From positions 39,308,001 to 39,372,000 of the forward strand of contig NC_088853.1 in NCBI RefSeq assembly GCF_963853765.1: 64,000 bases of DNA. The letters run 5' to 3'. Origin of the DNA: Magallana gigas (lineage: Eukaryota). The translations under genes and the position numbers were made by a program. Position 1 is the first letter of the stretch; each line of letters begins with the position of its first letter. A model generated the notes under the pieces. It was given only the letters and a program-made list of their open reading frames with translations, made no database searches and was not told where the DNA came from. Below are positions 38,233 to 53,430 of this stretch, in pieces.

Positions 38233-41200
38233 ATGTACTTTCTGTTCTGTCATTCTATATGTCTCCTTGGTGTCCTGTCCATGTTGTCCAGTATGTTAGA
38301 AGTAACAGAGGCGTATGGTGAGTTAATGTTTTAGCTTACTTTATATCAAAATAGTTACTTTTGATCAAGATCAATCTAATTTTCCAGAATTAAATAATTA
38401 TTTTAACTTTTTACTTGGGTGTGGGGGTATACACAAAGAGGTAACCTTTTAAGAGAGTTAATATTAGTTATTTTGTTTTATATCGTTACGAATTAGCCTT
38501 CATAACGCTCGATGGTACATGTATGTAACTTAGGAATATGGTAAACCAATACAAACATCAATAATATATTCAATTGACAGAGTATATCTCTTAACATATT
38601 TGAAAAAAAAGATATTTATTTTTTATTTCTGGCACCGCTGCCACAAAATAATGAACGTACTCAGCCTCAATTCTCAACTTAAGTGTTAAGAACATCCTCA
38701 ACTTAGATATTCTGCAAATCGCCGCAACCAACCATATAAAACAATGTATTAAGTAGTGTTGGTTTTGTTAAGCTCTCAACTCATCAATTTTAAGGGCAGT
38801 TTGGTGCAAAAACAAATGATTTACCATCCCAAAAATATACTTCGTTAAATAAATACGCGCAAATGACCTTTGCATTTTACTTATTTTCTTTTTCTTTTTT
38901 GCAACATCGTTTATTACTCAGCTTAAATCGTGTTTTCCCATTACCTATCGCTGCCCCGTGACGTCCGGTGACGGCATCTTTTTAAGTCAATTTCAAAGAT
39001 TCATTTTCCTTTTGTAAACGATTTTGTTATCGATACATTTTATAGCAATGTGAATATTGAGGTTTAGATACTATTTGATTTAAGATCCAATTTTAAAAAA
39101 ATACGAGCATCGATATTGTAACTATCTTCATCAAATGTTGAAAGCTTCATACCATTTAACGGAATGAATGTTTTCAATTGCATGTTTGAAGTTATATACT
39201 TGTATATGTGAAGCATGTTCTTATTTGCATTTGTTAAAAACTACATGTAATTATATTTTGAATAGAAAAAAGGGCGATATTGTGATTTAAAATTACCTTA
39301 TCTCATACCCCCCATTCTCGGTAATGAGCACATTGATTGATTGTATATGTATTAATCCATAAATTTGTACATGAATGTGTTTAAATACAAATCATATGAT
39401 ACAGTATATTCAGTGTCTATCAGTTAATGAACGTAATGATAACTTGTAAGATTTAACTTACAGAAAATGTTGCCTTACACAAACCCGCATTTCAATTGCA
39501 TCCGTATGACAAAAATAATAAAACATTCGACGCAACTAATGCAGTAGATGGACTAAAGTCTGACTTATCTTGGACGGGAGGTCAATGTGCTGTATCAGCT
39601 CTTGAAAAAGAAATCGCCGCCTGGTGGGTAAACCTTGGCAGACTTCACATCATCCACCACATCACCGTGTATTTCAAGACAAAAAATGCCATTTGGGGTA
39701 GGGTATACCTATAGTTTATTTAATTTTTTCGAACCAGTCATCAAACCAAATTATTGATTTCTTAATACCTGCATTAAACTTTGAAAAAAAAACCATCATG
39801 TAAGTTGATTAGGATATCTTTAAGTAACAGATTTTTTTTAAAAAGATATTTTTAATGTTTCTATAAGAGCTAATAGAAGCTCTCAAAGGTTTCAGATTCC
39901 TATTCAATGATTATGGGAACAAACAAACTTGGCGTTTGTGCAAAACCTGCGTACTTACAACATAATATTTCATGGTTCTAAATGAAATCAGGAGAATATT
40001 TAGAAATTATGTGTTCAGACAGACCATTTCACTTGGTAATTAGTCAATGGTCGCGGAAATGGGAGAATCAATTAAGTGTTAAAGTATTGACACTTAAGCG
40101 GTGCTTGAAGTGAATAATTACATTTGTACAGGTTAGCTAATCATTTTTGTAATAGTATATATCCTTTGCAGATAACACAAACAACGCTACATCCACCTTT
40201 CTAGGATTTTCACTCTATGTTTCCAACACAACAGATAGATTGCAAGGAAAATTATGTTTCAAGGATAATTACTTTAACAGAAGCACTATTCCTGCAGTGT
40301 TTAGCACAATATGTTATGTACAAGGACAATATGTCATCTACTACAACGAGAGATTGAAAGGGGTTACCTATCCTAGCGATTATAATTCAGATGCTGAAAA
40401 TGATTTATGTGAAGTCGAGGTGTATGGTAAGATATGCTTACTGTGGCTACTGTGGCTACTCTAGTCTGGCATGGCTTCCTCTTAAAGAAAACCGAAGTGT
40501 TATTTAATTTGTAATTCTAGGAATATGATTAGTTGTAATCTTTTTCTCAAATCGCAATTATGAAACATACATCTGGTTAGAAAATATTCAGTGGCACAAC
40601 TGGCTACTTTAAATTTTGTTTTTATCCACTGCTATTTCTGGAAATTGACTCTAGATTTTTTTCTGCTATTTTAAAAGATCAGTTCAAAATACATGTATAT
40701 TTACCACAGAATATGTTAGTAAATACATATTTGGCAATTAAACGCAAATTTCAAATCCACATTGAATGTTTGATTAAATATTAATGGAAAAGAATAATTT
40801 ACATTATTTGAGAGAAAATTAAAACTGTTCCAATTTGTTTTCAATAGGATTACTGACTAATTTATTTCTTTTAGGTTCAACTATTAATGAAAAAAGTGCA
40901 TCTTCAGATGATTAACATTTCAAATAACTCTCGTTTAAAATCATTTTTATAATCTTCTCTAAGACGTCTGTTTTCGGGAGGGGAGGGGGGGGGGGGTGTT
41001 ACAACATAAATATATATTGTAACGGTAGTCATTTTGAGATACATTGCTTTTTTAGCTATTAAATTTGCTGCTGCTTCATTTGTTATAAAAGATTTTTTTT
41101 TTAAACAATTAATTCGATTTTCTGCTCTTTACAATTTTTTAAAGTTAAAATCACCTCATACAAACCTCATATTAAATATAGTTTGGTAAGTGATTTTTAA

Positions 41201-42737
41201 GTCCAGTGTGCATCAGCGCATGATATAATTATATACAAATGAAAATAATTTATACACACAACATAAAAGTAAAATTATAATCAATTATTTTGAGATACAT
41301 CTGCAATAAAAGCGTTTGTTGTAGGTTGTCCGGTACAAACGACTCATTGCGATGTGTTTGACGCAGTTGAATGTGTCTGTCTGGCCTGTAAACCTGGTTA
41401 CCATGGTGACACGTGTAAAGGAGGTAAATTTTTATATATATATATTTATTTTTTCGTAATGCCGTTCATATTTAAATACTTGGTGTACTACTACATTCAT
41501 GGTGCACTACTTTCATTTCAAGACAACAACTTTAGCAGTTTAAAAGATGTATTTACTACTTATAAATTCAGGTATTCTTGCTCCACGCATGCAACACACT
41601 ATTAAACAATGTATACAGTTTACGCTTTTATTAGCAAAACAAAAAACAAAAACAAAAACAAAAACTTCCCAAAAAAAAAACACGACATTAGCAAGTGCAC
41701 GTATCCAAATACATGATTAATCTCCACATGAAAGGTGATTTGTCGTCTGACTCATATAACTATTTCGATTGAAACATAAACCATTTTTAAAAATTTACGT
41801 AGCATATAGAATGAATATGATCACAAGTAAAAATAAGCAATGTTCGATCGTAATGCCATACAATTATATATCATGCATTGAGTATTAATTTACAAAGAAA
41901 ATGATGCATTTTAGATGATCAAAATGTTGAATGCTTAGTTAAATATGTTATACAATGCTAATGTTATTGCAATGGTATCTTAAATAATCTTATCTGCTCA
42001 TTCAAAATGATCATAACACATTGCATACATCAATCTTCTGTCTTCATGAACTTAAAATAAATCTTTCCAAATAAGTTTGATTGTGCATATATTTATGTAC
42101 GCCATGTCACCTAACCTTGATTTGAAAAAAAAAGCAACAATAAAAGCAAATTTGAAAAATAAACCCAGCTTTATTTTTCTAGTTTGTTAGATTTTGGTAT
42201 TAATTGTGCGAATGTCATGGTGTGTTTCTCTGATGTAAGATTTTACATTTTATTTGAAATTGACATATTATTCAAAATTTGTTATAGCATCCTCAACTGA
42301 TGTCGAAGTTAAAAGCCAGACACCTGTACTGCAAGGTGTTATAGCATCCTCAACTGATGTCGAAGTTAAAAGCCAGACACCTGTACTGCAAGGTCTAATC
42401 GGTGGTCTCAGTGTCTCGATTTTGATCATAGTTGTACTTATTCTCCATATTGTACAGACAAGGTAAAATACAAAATCAAAATTGTGAATTTTATTTTATT
42501 TTTATATTACAATTTATCAATTTGAAATGAATTATAAATGAGATTTGTTTCTTACATTATTTAAGAGTTTCAATGAGAAGGAACCATCAAATATTGAATG
42601 CAATAGAATTAAGAAATGGCGCCAACTCAACAAACTCATCTGTTACTGGAAGCAATTATACTGGGAATAGTTACACTGAGTTCGGATGGTCCAGGGAGAC
42701 TGACCAGTATTCTACGGAGATGACAGGTGTAGTTTAG
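38233..42737 (+). CDS. Receptor copy B (F-type-lectin-like / EGF / TM / tail), apparently intact
   Basis: Exons 38233-38317 (MYFLFCHSICLLGVLSMLSSMLEVTEAY), 39464-39697, 40172-40426, 41325-41423, 42288 (or 42345)-42462 and 42566-42737. Canonical splice sites, open frame. Confidence 0.85.
42281..42394 (+). repeat. Perfect 57-bp tandem duplication spanning the TM-exon acceptor
   Basis: gttatagcatcctcaactgatgtcgaagttaaaagccagacacctgtactgcaaggt x2 (42281-42337, 42338-42394). Confidence 0.95.
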
Positions 42738-45339
42738 AACTTATTCTTTAACACAATCGAAAGTTTTTCAAGTCATTTGCCCTTAGAAAAATTGAAAATG
42801 GAAGGAAATTGAAGAATAATGATAATTTCAGCAAATATACAAAAAAGTCATGTATTTTTGAAATTGATTTGGAGGTTTTTGATTAATCAATCAAATATTT
42901 ATGATATTTTAGAAAGATTATATTGTACACAACTTTCTTGCAACGGATAACAACTGATATTTGTGATTTATGTAAAATAAAAAATACTGATCAACTAGAA
43001 TTTTAATTGATGTTTTGTTCATGTTGATAATGTATATAACTGTTCTGTATTTTGAAAATAACGAATAATGTCATAGTACTATTTTTTTTTTTTTTTATTA
43101 CAGTAACCAATTAATAATGTATGTCAAAAAAGATGTTTGAATATTTGCTTTCATAAAATAGGATAATAACGACATATGTGTATGAGTTCTGAAATATAAT
43201 AAAGTCGGTCTTTTTCTTATGCTGCATTGTTATTTACTGATCATTGAGATTATTATATATCAATTGAATTAAATGATGTGTAAATTCCATATCTTAAATG
43301 TTAATTTAATTCCATACTTAAGCCAAATTTTTACAATTTGTTAAAAAAAAAACCAAAAAAAAAAACCCCGAAAAAAAAAATATCTCTGACAAAATGGTGA
43401 ATAGTTAAGACATTCTGCTCTATTTTCTACATTTCAGACGAAAAAAAAAATATTCTCAATATCTTTACTATGAACTTGAGTGTTGATTTTACGTCCTTCT
43501 TTCTTTTTTTCTGTTTTTATTTTATTTTTTTATTTTTTTATTTTTTTGTTGCTATTCAGAAATATTTTTATATGACTAGGTACATGCACATGCTCCTGAA
43601 AAGGATAATGTTCATTATGCCCAGAAGTCGGACAAATATTGTGCTTCGATGGTAGCTACATTAATTCCTCGCACAAATCGAAGAAAACTGAAAAAATTGA
43701 TTTCATTTTATGATTCAATGACAAATTGTCATTTCAAACTGAATGTTATCTTGCGAGGAAAATTTTAAGGTGTCAAAACATGTGTAAGACGTCTGTTGTT
43801 CCGTTATTGAAATAATACGAGGTGCTTTGAAATATTGATGCCTGTTGTTGCCGGAGTAGGGTTAAAAAACCACCTGAGCTTGTTTTCAATCACATGTGTA
43901 ACTTCGACGTAAACAAACCCTATGGTCTTTTCTTGGAGCGGGGTTATTAAAATGCATATCAAGTGTTGTTCTAAGAAATACTCTGGGCAAGCTTTACATA
44001 ACTTTGATTGGAACTAATAATGTGTATCAAAGGTTGCATTGTTTTTGTTAAATATATTTAGAGATATTCAATTATGTTAAGAGTGACACCTGCACAAAGC
44101 ATAGGATTGAAGTCAAAATTAAACACACACAAATCGCGAAATTTCTTTATATAACAGAAATGATAATAACCTATTGTAGCATTTTGGAAAATCCTAATCT
44201 ATGTTTGGAAAATGAAATCATCTAATAGCATCTTACCTCGTAAGTCAAGTGGAGGTGAATATAAGTTTGAATTTTATCATCACAATATCAGCCAATTAGA
44301 GGGCTAGGAATTAATCAAACATGACCTGTGGTGAAAGCGAACAGTGCTCAAAATCAACATTACGAAGGAAAGATACAAAGCAGGATCACAAAGCAAACAA
44401 GGACATCTAAAATAATTAGAAGTAGGATCAGCTGCCATGGAGGAGTTAGAATCCTCTTCTGACTGGTCACACCCGCTGTGATCATTCGCAAATATTTAAC
44501 CAATGTCCAAAGACACAGATTGGTTTTAAATACAACATTTATCTTATAAATTACTTGCAGCATATATTTCACGTGTCGTCTGGTGCTAATGTCGTTACAT
44601 ACCATAACACACAAAATGATAAAAAGTGATGCAATGCTTTATATACATATAACATGTTTGTATACTTGTATGCTTGTTTATCAAAATGCGTGTGCATCCA
44701 ATTTATCAGGATCGAAATTGAATGAATATTAAAGTTTAAAGAACAAATTGAGGTCAGTTTGTGACCAATGATTCTTTGAGTATATAACCTTATTATAAAT
44801 ATTATTATTTCTTCATTTTCAGGTATATTTAATTTCGTATATCAATCCAACAAATCTACAGAAATTGGTATCTCTTTTCAGATAATTTCATTATTCTCTT
44901 TGTTTCATTCATACCTCTGATTTTGAACGAGTAATGACATCCTTTTATTTTGTCGAATAAATGAAGAAAGATAAACAATATGGTAACTTATTTTCAATAA
45001 GCTGTGTAGTTGTTAGTCATAAGTGCCTAATTTGAAAACTCTTAAACTAATGACAGAACTGAGGTATAATTACATCTATCTATAACTATGTGTTTCATGG
45101 GCAGATCAAACGTTTACTCATAGATTTTGAAATGTTCAGGTTAATATTTCATTGTATGAAACAAAATGACAAAATAGCGCAAAAAGGAATTCACATAATT
45201 TAAGGAGTACACTCTCACGACAGCCGTTTTGTGTCCAATCAGTCAAGCAATAAAGAAAATCAAAAAGTATTTACAATTTTTATAAATGGTTTACTCATAT
45301 CGGGTAATTTTAACACAGGTGTTACCAATAGTGCGCATT

Positions 45340-45720
45340 TCAGCGACGAAAACGTGTTTACCTGCTGTTGTCGCCAGATACCCTAGTTAGGCTGTCCTTT
45401 CCGTGTCAAATCTGTCAGCGGCGCTGCATTAGCTGAACATATTCTATAAAAACAAACACGTCCCAAGAATGACCTTACCTGTTTCGTAGTGGTAGGTGTT
45501 CAAAACTCTTGGATAGCTGCGACTTTCTCGATCGTATAGTAGGACAACTGATGCGACTTCAGCTTCTGACTTGCGTAAAAAACCCGATTTTCTTCATTTT
45601 CATCTTCCTCTTGCAACAACACTCCACCAATACCTGCATCTGACTGCAATATAAATGGTTTTATAGTAAACAAATAGAACAGCCCGAGTATAGTCCATTA
45701 CTTACAAATACCTGAAGTGA
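45340..45720 (-). mobile_element. Permuted Gypsy fragment, copy 2 (more decayed)
   Basis: Same sequence and junction (ATC GAG AAA GTC GCA GCT ATC) as 34380-34730. Confidence 0.7.
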
Positions 45721-48700
45721 CAAAATTTGAGGCACCAAAAAGGATATGAACATTAAAAAAAACCAGAGGTACATTACAGAAAAATGTATTGATATGACAT
45801 ATACATATTATAAGATTTTGACCTATGTGCGAAAGATGTTTATCTAATAGCAGTTTATACTTGCAAATTCGTGTTTTTGATACTCTGGCTAGCTTACTTT
45901 ATTTGAATGATAATTGAAATATCTTTTCCATGGCGTTACATAACATTTACTGTATATCAATTGAGGCGATGCTAATGTATTAAAGCGATTATAAGTAGGA
46001 AAAGCCATGTGAACTCTAATTTATTGTTTGAAACGATGATCATATTTCAGATTAAACATTGTTACGATTACAGTCAAATTCTATACAAACTTACAACATC
46101 AATATAATGAGCTTATTGATCTTTTTAGGGGGGAGGGGGCATTCCTACTTAAAATTATGTTCGTTTGGGTTTATTTCTGTGTAAGCTGTGTGCTATAAGG
46201 GGTGGATTTGTGTGGTTTTTAGGTCACATGACATTAGGATATAAATGGTAATGCGGGTTTTGTGGTCATTTTACCGCTCGTTAGGACGTAGTGAAGGTGT
46301 AATGACTACCAGTAAATTACTATTATAATTATAAATGTAATATGTGTGTTCAATATTATGGTGTTGGTGTGTTTGTTTTGTTTTGTTATTTTGTTTTTGT
46401 AAGGATATACTGTATAAATATTCTAACAAGCAGCAATACATATTCATGAGTTTGTTTGGTTTTGTTTTTAATTGGTTCAGCGTATTCATACTATATCAGA
46501 GTATAATTTTATTTATATTCAAACGAAAGGAATGAGGTAGAATATAAAGTATATTCTCTATTCTTGAAGTGTGCACTAATGAATGATTGGTCCAGTACCT
46601 TTCTAAACAAAAGTATTGCTTGGAATTTATTATCTTAGAAAAAATATTAACTTATATACCTGTACTATCAAACCCATATGATCCAAATCATGTCAAATTA
46701 CACGATGTATTTGTGGCAATCTTATATTTCCGTCACAAAGCGAAACGAATGGAGGGACTGCAGCAAATCATTCTTTTTAAAATTTATTACTCTGTGACCT
46801 TCATCACACACAGCATTGGCGCTTCTTCAGAATATTGAAGACACTTATAAACTCAAAAGTAAATTTTGTTTTTACTCCGCAAAGCTACTGATGGATGTTT
46901 TGCATAGCAATGGACATCAGTTGTTTTGATCACAAAACACAAACAAGAGCTGCAAACGATAGCATTGCCTAGTCGCCTAACTTAAAGTCATTTTTGATAA
47001 TTGTCTAATTAAACATATTTCTATTACATAATGTAAACATTAATGTATATTTTCGTAAACTATTTGGTCAAACAAAGAGAGACGATTTGAAAGTTGGGTT
47101 AAAATAGCTCATTTCATAATATATACAAACGATAAACGGAGTTTTTAAATATCATCTGAAAACAAAAAAATCCTTCTGGGGGGTTTTATATTTTGTTATT
47201 TAGCATATTCATAACAAAGGATTTGTTGTTTTCAGTGAGGGAATATGTCTACAGATCAAAATACATTATAAAAAATGCATAGTGCATTGTAACGTTGCAA
47301 AATTTAATTTTTGATTTTTCTTTGTTTTGTTTTTTGTTTTTGTTTTTTTTTGGGTTTTTTTCTGTGTTTTTTTTGTAAGGGGGGGGGGGGGGGTGAAGTC
47401 TCTTATTTACAGCCTCTTACATATGTTTTTAAGAGAGCCACTTATAAACTTTCCTTAATGAAGGTTATTGTTCATTTGAGGTTTTTTTTTTTTTTACATT
47501 TCATATGTTCATAAACGAGTAAGTATAAAATCTACAGTTGTATTTCAATTATCATTTCTTTGAACACTTTTGCTAACTTTACAGTTTCTTTCTGCTAAAT
47601 CCGTCATCTTATATTTTCAAAGATGTGTCATTGTAAACATTTAACTGAAGCGTAATATACTTACAATCTGTATATAAATTATACGAAATTAAACCCAATC
47701 TCGACAGTACGATTAAATAATGTTGATTGGAGGCAAGAACCCACAAAAGGGAGTACAAGAATCATTGTTTTAGTAACAAGTCTTGTCAATGAAAATTGCA
47801 GGCATTTATAATTTGAGCCAATAATTGTAAATACTAATGGAAGTGGCCATCTCTCCTGTTTCTGATGGTACAGTTTGTGTCGTTTTCCTTGTTTTAAAAT
47901 AGATATTTGTGGAAACAAAAAGGAAAATATTATTTGCGTAAACAAAGTGCCATGTTACTACCTTGTACAACTTCTCTAATCTGTTGTTTTTTCTTCCTTA
48001 AAGACACACGTCTCTGACAAAACGGCGTCATCAGAGATGTTTTTAGTTATTACCGAAATATATCAAAGAAATATGAATGTGGTGATGCAAATACCTTATA
48101 TCATATAAACTATATTATTGTCTAACATTCATATTAACTAACATGTATGAATTTACTTTGTTTTACGTTATAAAATATAATGATAGTGTAAGAATTTTAA
48201 CGCTCTGTACTACAGCAGTACTTGTGTAGCAAAAAACTATGATTTAATGAAGCAATTTGTCTAAACATTCTAACAAACTACATATATGATTTGAATATGT
48301 ATTGTCACCTCCATACTTCAAGAGCTACACGTTTCTCTATGTAAAGGAATTTAGACCAATGGAAAATTGGCAATTATTTCGAATTAAAAGTGTGCTGTTT
48401 ATCAATTATCGCTAATAATAATAAATCAGAAATATTTCATTTATCGATTTAAAACATATAATATCATGTACGTGTACAATTAAAAGCGTGTGCGTGATAT
48501 ACAATGTTATACATCTACAGTTATGGTAAACAATTCTAAATTCATTATTCAGATAAAATCATGATTGACTTATACGTCTGATTATGAAAATAAAAAAAAA
48601 ATTGTTGAATTTTTATAACGTGTTCTAACATTGAATCACAATTAAAGGAATAAGCTTTCTTAAAATTCAAGAACAGCAACGGTAAGAAATCGCAATGCTT

Positions 48701-48981
48701 GCATTATTAGTATTTACTATTTATATCTATAAAAAGGAAGATAGAAAAGTAACACAGAACCTTTTATGTCTCTCACCGAGAGAAAAATACGGAAATTCTG
48801 CAATTGCATTGGTCTCGAGGAAAATATTATCATGCAATCCTATTCCTGTTTTTTTTTATTCTTAATCTTCCTTTTCAATACTACGCCCCTTTAAACCTCT
48901 ACATATTTAAAATCAGTCTATTCTTTAAATATCGTCAGTTTTTAGAAAGATCTGAGAATACCAAGCCTACATTATTCTAAG

Positions 48982-51900
48982 ATGTACTTTCTTTTCTGTC
49001 ATTCTATGTGTCTCCTTAGTGTCCTGTCTATGTTGTCCAGTATGTTAGAAGTATCAGAGGCGTATGGTGAGTTAATGTTTTCGCTTACTTTATAACAAAA
49101 AAGTTACTTTTGATCAAGATCATATTATTATTATTATTTTTATCTTATTTATCAGAATTAAATAATTATTTTAACTTTTTACCTTGTTGTGGGGGGTATA
49201 CACAAAGTGGTAACCTTATTAGGGCGTTAAGATAAGTTATTTTTTTCTATATCATCACGCATTAGACTTAATTCTTTTTGTCAACATCTTAACACTTTAT
49301 GGTACATGTATGTAACTAAGAAAAATGGTTAACCAATACACACATCAATATAATATTTAATTGACAGAGTATACCTCTTAACATATTGGAAACAAATGAT
49401 GTTTTTCCTTCTGGCACCGCCGCCACACAAAAATGACGTAATCAGCCTCAATTCTCAAATGAAGTTTAAATAAATACGCGCAAATGACCTTTGCATTTTA
49501 CTTTCTTTCTTTTTTCTTTTTGCATCATCGTTTATAACTCAGCTTGAATCGTGTTTTCCCATTATCTATCGCTGTTCCGTGACTTCCGGTGACGGAATCT
49601 ACTTGAGTCAATTTCAAAGATTCATTTTCCTTTATTTGAATATTTTGGTTTAGATACTATTTGATATAAGATCCAATTTAAAAAAAAAAATTCGAGCATC
49701 GATATTGTACCTATCTTCATCAAATGTTGAAAGATACAGACCTTTCAACGGAATGAATGTTTTCAATTGCATGTTTGAAGTTATACTTGTATATTTGAAG
49801 CATGTTCTTATTAGCATTTGTTGAAAACTACATGTAATTATATTTTGAATAGAAAAAAGGGCGATATTGTGATTTAAAATTACCTTATCTCATACCCTCC
49901 ATCCTCGGTAATGAGCAAACGATCGATTGTACATGTATTAATCCATAAATTTGTACGTGTATGTGTTTAAATACAAATCATATTATACAGTATATTCATT
50001 GTCTATCACTTAATGAACTTAATGATAATTTGTAAGATTTAACCTACAGAAAATGTTGCCTTACACAAACCTGCATTTCAATTGCATCCGTATGACAGAA
50101 ACAATAAAACATTCGACGCAACTAACGCAGTAGATGGACTAAAGTCTGACTTATCTTGGACGGGAGGTCAATGTGCTGTATCAGCTCTTGGAAAAGAAAT
50201 CGCCACCTGGTGGGTAAACCTCGGCAGACTTCACGTCATCCACCACATCACTGTGTATTTCAAGACAAATAATGGCATTTGGGGTAGGGTATACCTATAG
50301 TTAATTTATTATTTTCGAACCAGTCATCAAACAAAAATATTGATCTCGTTAAACCTGTATTAAACTTTGAAAAAAAAACATGTAAAAAGTTGAATAAAAT
50401 CTCTTTAAGTAACAGATTTTTTTTAAAAAAGATATTTTTAATGTTTCTATATGAGCTAATACATGTAAAAAAAACACTCAGAGGTTTCAGATTTATATTC
50501 AATGATTATGGGAACAAACAAACTTGGCGCTTGTGCAAAACCTGTGTTCTTACAATGTACAACATACATGAAATATGTATTGGTTTTAAATGAAATAAGG
50601 AGAATATTTAGAAATTATGTGTTCAGACAGACCATTTTACTTGGTAATCAGTCAATGATCGCGGCAATGGGAGAATCAATTAACTGTTAAAGTATTGACC
50701 CTTAAGCGGTGCTTGAAGTGAATAATTACATTTTTACAGGTTATCTAATCATTTTGGTAATAGTATATATCCTTTGCAGATTTCACAAACAATGCTACAT
50801 CCACCTTTCTAGGATTTTCAATCTATGTTTCCAACACAACAGATAGATTGCAAGGAAAATTATGTTTCAAGGATAATAACTTTAACACAAGCACTATTCC
50901 TGCAGTGTTTAACACAATATGTTATGTACAAGGACAATATGTCATCTACTACAACGAAAGACTGAAAGGGGTTACCTATCCTAGCGATTATAATTCAGAT
51001 GCTGAAAATGATTTATGTGAAGTCGAGGTGTATGGTAAGATTTGCTTACTGTGGTTACTGTGGCTACTCTAGTCTGGCGTGGCTTCCTCTTAAAGAAAAC
51101 TGAAGTGTTATTTAATTTGTAATTCTAGGAATATGATTAGTTGTAATTTTTTTTTCTCAAATCGCAATTCTCAAACATACATCTGTTTAGAAAATATTTA
51201 GTGTCACAATTCACTACTTAAAATTTTGTTTTTTATCCATTACTATTTCTGGAAATTTACTCTAGATTTTTTTTGTCTACTGTTTTAAAAGATCGGTTCA
51301 AAATACATGTATATTTACAACAGAAAATGTTAGTAAATACATATTTGGCAATTAAACGCAAATTTCAAATCCACATTGAACGTTTTGATTAAATAGTAAT
51401 GGTAAAAGATAATTTACATTATATGTTGGAAAATTAAAACTGTTCCAATTTGTTTTCAATAGGATTACTGGCTAATTCATTTCTTTTAGGTTCAATTATT
51501 ATTGAAAAAAAGTGCATCTTCAGATGATTAACGTTTCAAAAAATATTTCGTTTAAAATCATATTTATAANNNNNNNNNNNNNNNNNNNNNNNNNNNNNNN
51601 NNNNNNNNNNNNNNNNNNNNNNNNNNNNNNNNNNNNNNNNNNNNNNNNNNNNNNNNNNNNNNNNNNNNNNNNNNNNNNNNNNNNNNNNNNNNNNNNNNNN
51701 NNNNNNNNNNNNNNNNNNNNNNNNNNNNNNNNNNNNNNNNNNNNTTAGATATATTGCTTTTTTAGCTATTAAATTTGCTGGTTTCATTTGTTATATAAGA
51801 TTTTTTTATACAACACTTAACGCCTTATTTAAACAACTGATTTGATTTTCTGCTCTCTACAATTTTTTAAAGTTAGAATCACCTCATACAAACCTCATAT

Positions 51901-53430
51901 TAAATGTAGTTTGGTAAGTAATTTTTAAGTCCCACAACACAACATAACTGTAAAATTATAATCAATTATTTGAGATACATCTGCAATATAAGCGTTTGTT
52001 GTAGGTTGTCCGGTACAAACGACTCATTGCGATGTGTTTGACACAGTTGAATGTGTCTGTCTGGCCTGTAAACCTGGTTACCATGGTGACANNNNNNNNN
52101 NNNNNNNNNNNNNNNNNNNNNNNNNNNNNNNNNNNNNNNNNNNNNNNNNNNNNNNNNNNNNNNNNNNNNNNNNNNNNNNNNNNNNNNNNNNNNNNNNNNN
52201 NNNNNNNNNNNNNNNNNNNNNNNNNNTTGAATACATGGTGTACTTCTACAAACTTTTATTTCAAGACAACAAATTTAGCAGTTTAAATGATTTATTTACT
52301 ACTTATAAATTCAGGTATTCTTGCTCAGCGCATGCAATACACTATTAAACAATGTATACAGTTTACGCTTTTGATAACAAGAAAAAAAAATGAAAAAAAC
52401 GACATTAGCAAGCGCCCATATCCAAATACATGATAAATCTTCACATGAAAGGTAATTTGTCGTCTGGCTCATATAACTATTTTGGATTGATAAAGAAACA
52501 TAAACTATTTTCAAAAATTTACGTTGCATATAGAATGAATATGATCACAAGTAAAAATAAGCAATGTACAATCGTAATGCCATACAATGATATATCATGT
52601 ATTGATTATTTATTTACAAAGTAAATGATGCATTTTAGATGATCAAAATGTTGAATGCTTAGTTAAATATGTTATACAATGCTTATGTTATTGCAATGGT
52701 ATCTTAAATAATCTTATCTGCTTATTCAAAATGATCATGATACATTGCATACATCAAAATTTTTTTTTATGAACTTAAAATATATCTTTCCAAATAAGTT
52801 TGATTGTGTATATATTCATTTACGCCATGTAACCTAACCTTAAATTAAAAGAAAAGAACAACAATAAAAGCAAATTTGAAAAAAAAACTTTAAACCTGCT
52901 TTATTATTTTAAGTTTGTAAGATTTTGGAATTAATTGAACAAATGTCATGGTGTATTTATCTGATGTAAGACTTTACATTTCAATTCACGTACATAATTT
53001 GAAATTAACATTCTATTCAAAATTGTTATAGAATTCTCAACTGATGTCAAAAAAAATAACTGCACTCATGCACTGCAAGGTCTGATCGGTGGACTCAGTG
53101 TCTCGATTTTGATCATCGTTGTACTTATTCTCTATATTGTACAGACAAGGTAAAATACGATAACAATATGGTGAATTTTATTTTATTTTGATATTAAAAT
53201 TTATCAATTTGAAACCAATTATAACTGTGATTTATTTCTTACGTAATTTTAGAATTTCAATGAGAAGGAACCCTCCAATATTGAATGCAATAGAATTAAG
53301 GAATGGCGCCAACTCAGTCAACACTCTTGATGCTGGAAGCAATTATACTGTTAATAGTTACACTGAGCTCGGATGGTCCAGGATAACTGACCCATATTAT
53401 ACGATCCAAGAGATGACAGGTGTAGTTTAA
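48982..53430 (+). CDS. Receptor copy C (F-type-lectin-like / EGF / TM / ITAM-like tail)
   Basis: Exons 48982-49066, 50050-50283, 50780-51034, 52005 to about 52103 (end lies in the N gap), 53032-53149 and 53253-53430. Open frames throughout the visible sequence. Confidence 0.85.
51570..51744. other. Assembly gap (175 N)
   Basis: Run of N. Confidence 1.
52092..52226. other. Assembly gap (135 N) covering the end of the copy C EGF exon
   Basis: Run of N. Confidence 1.

Noticed and set aside
51512-52348. Track ORFs containing X runs
   Set aside because: Artefacts of reading through N gaps; only the EGF exon portion is real.
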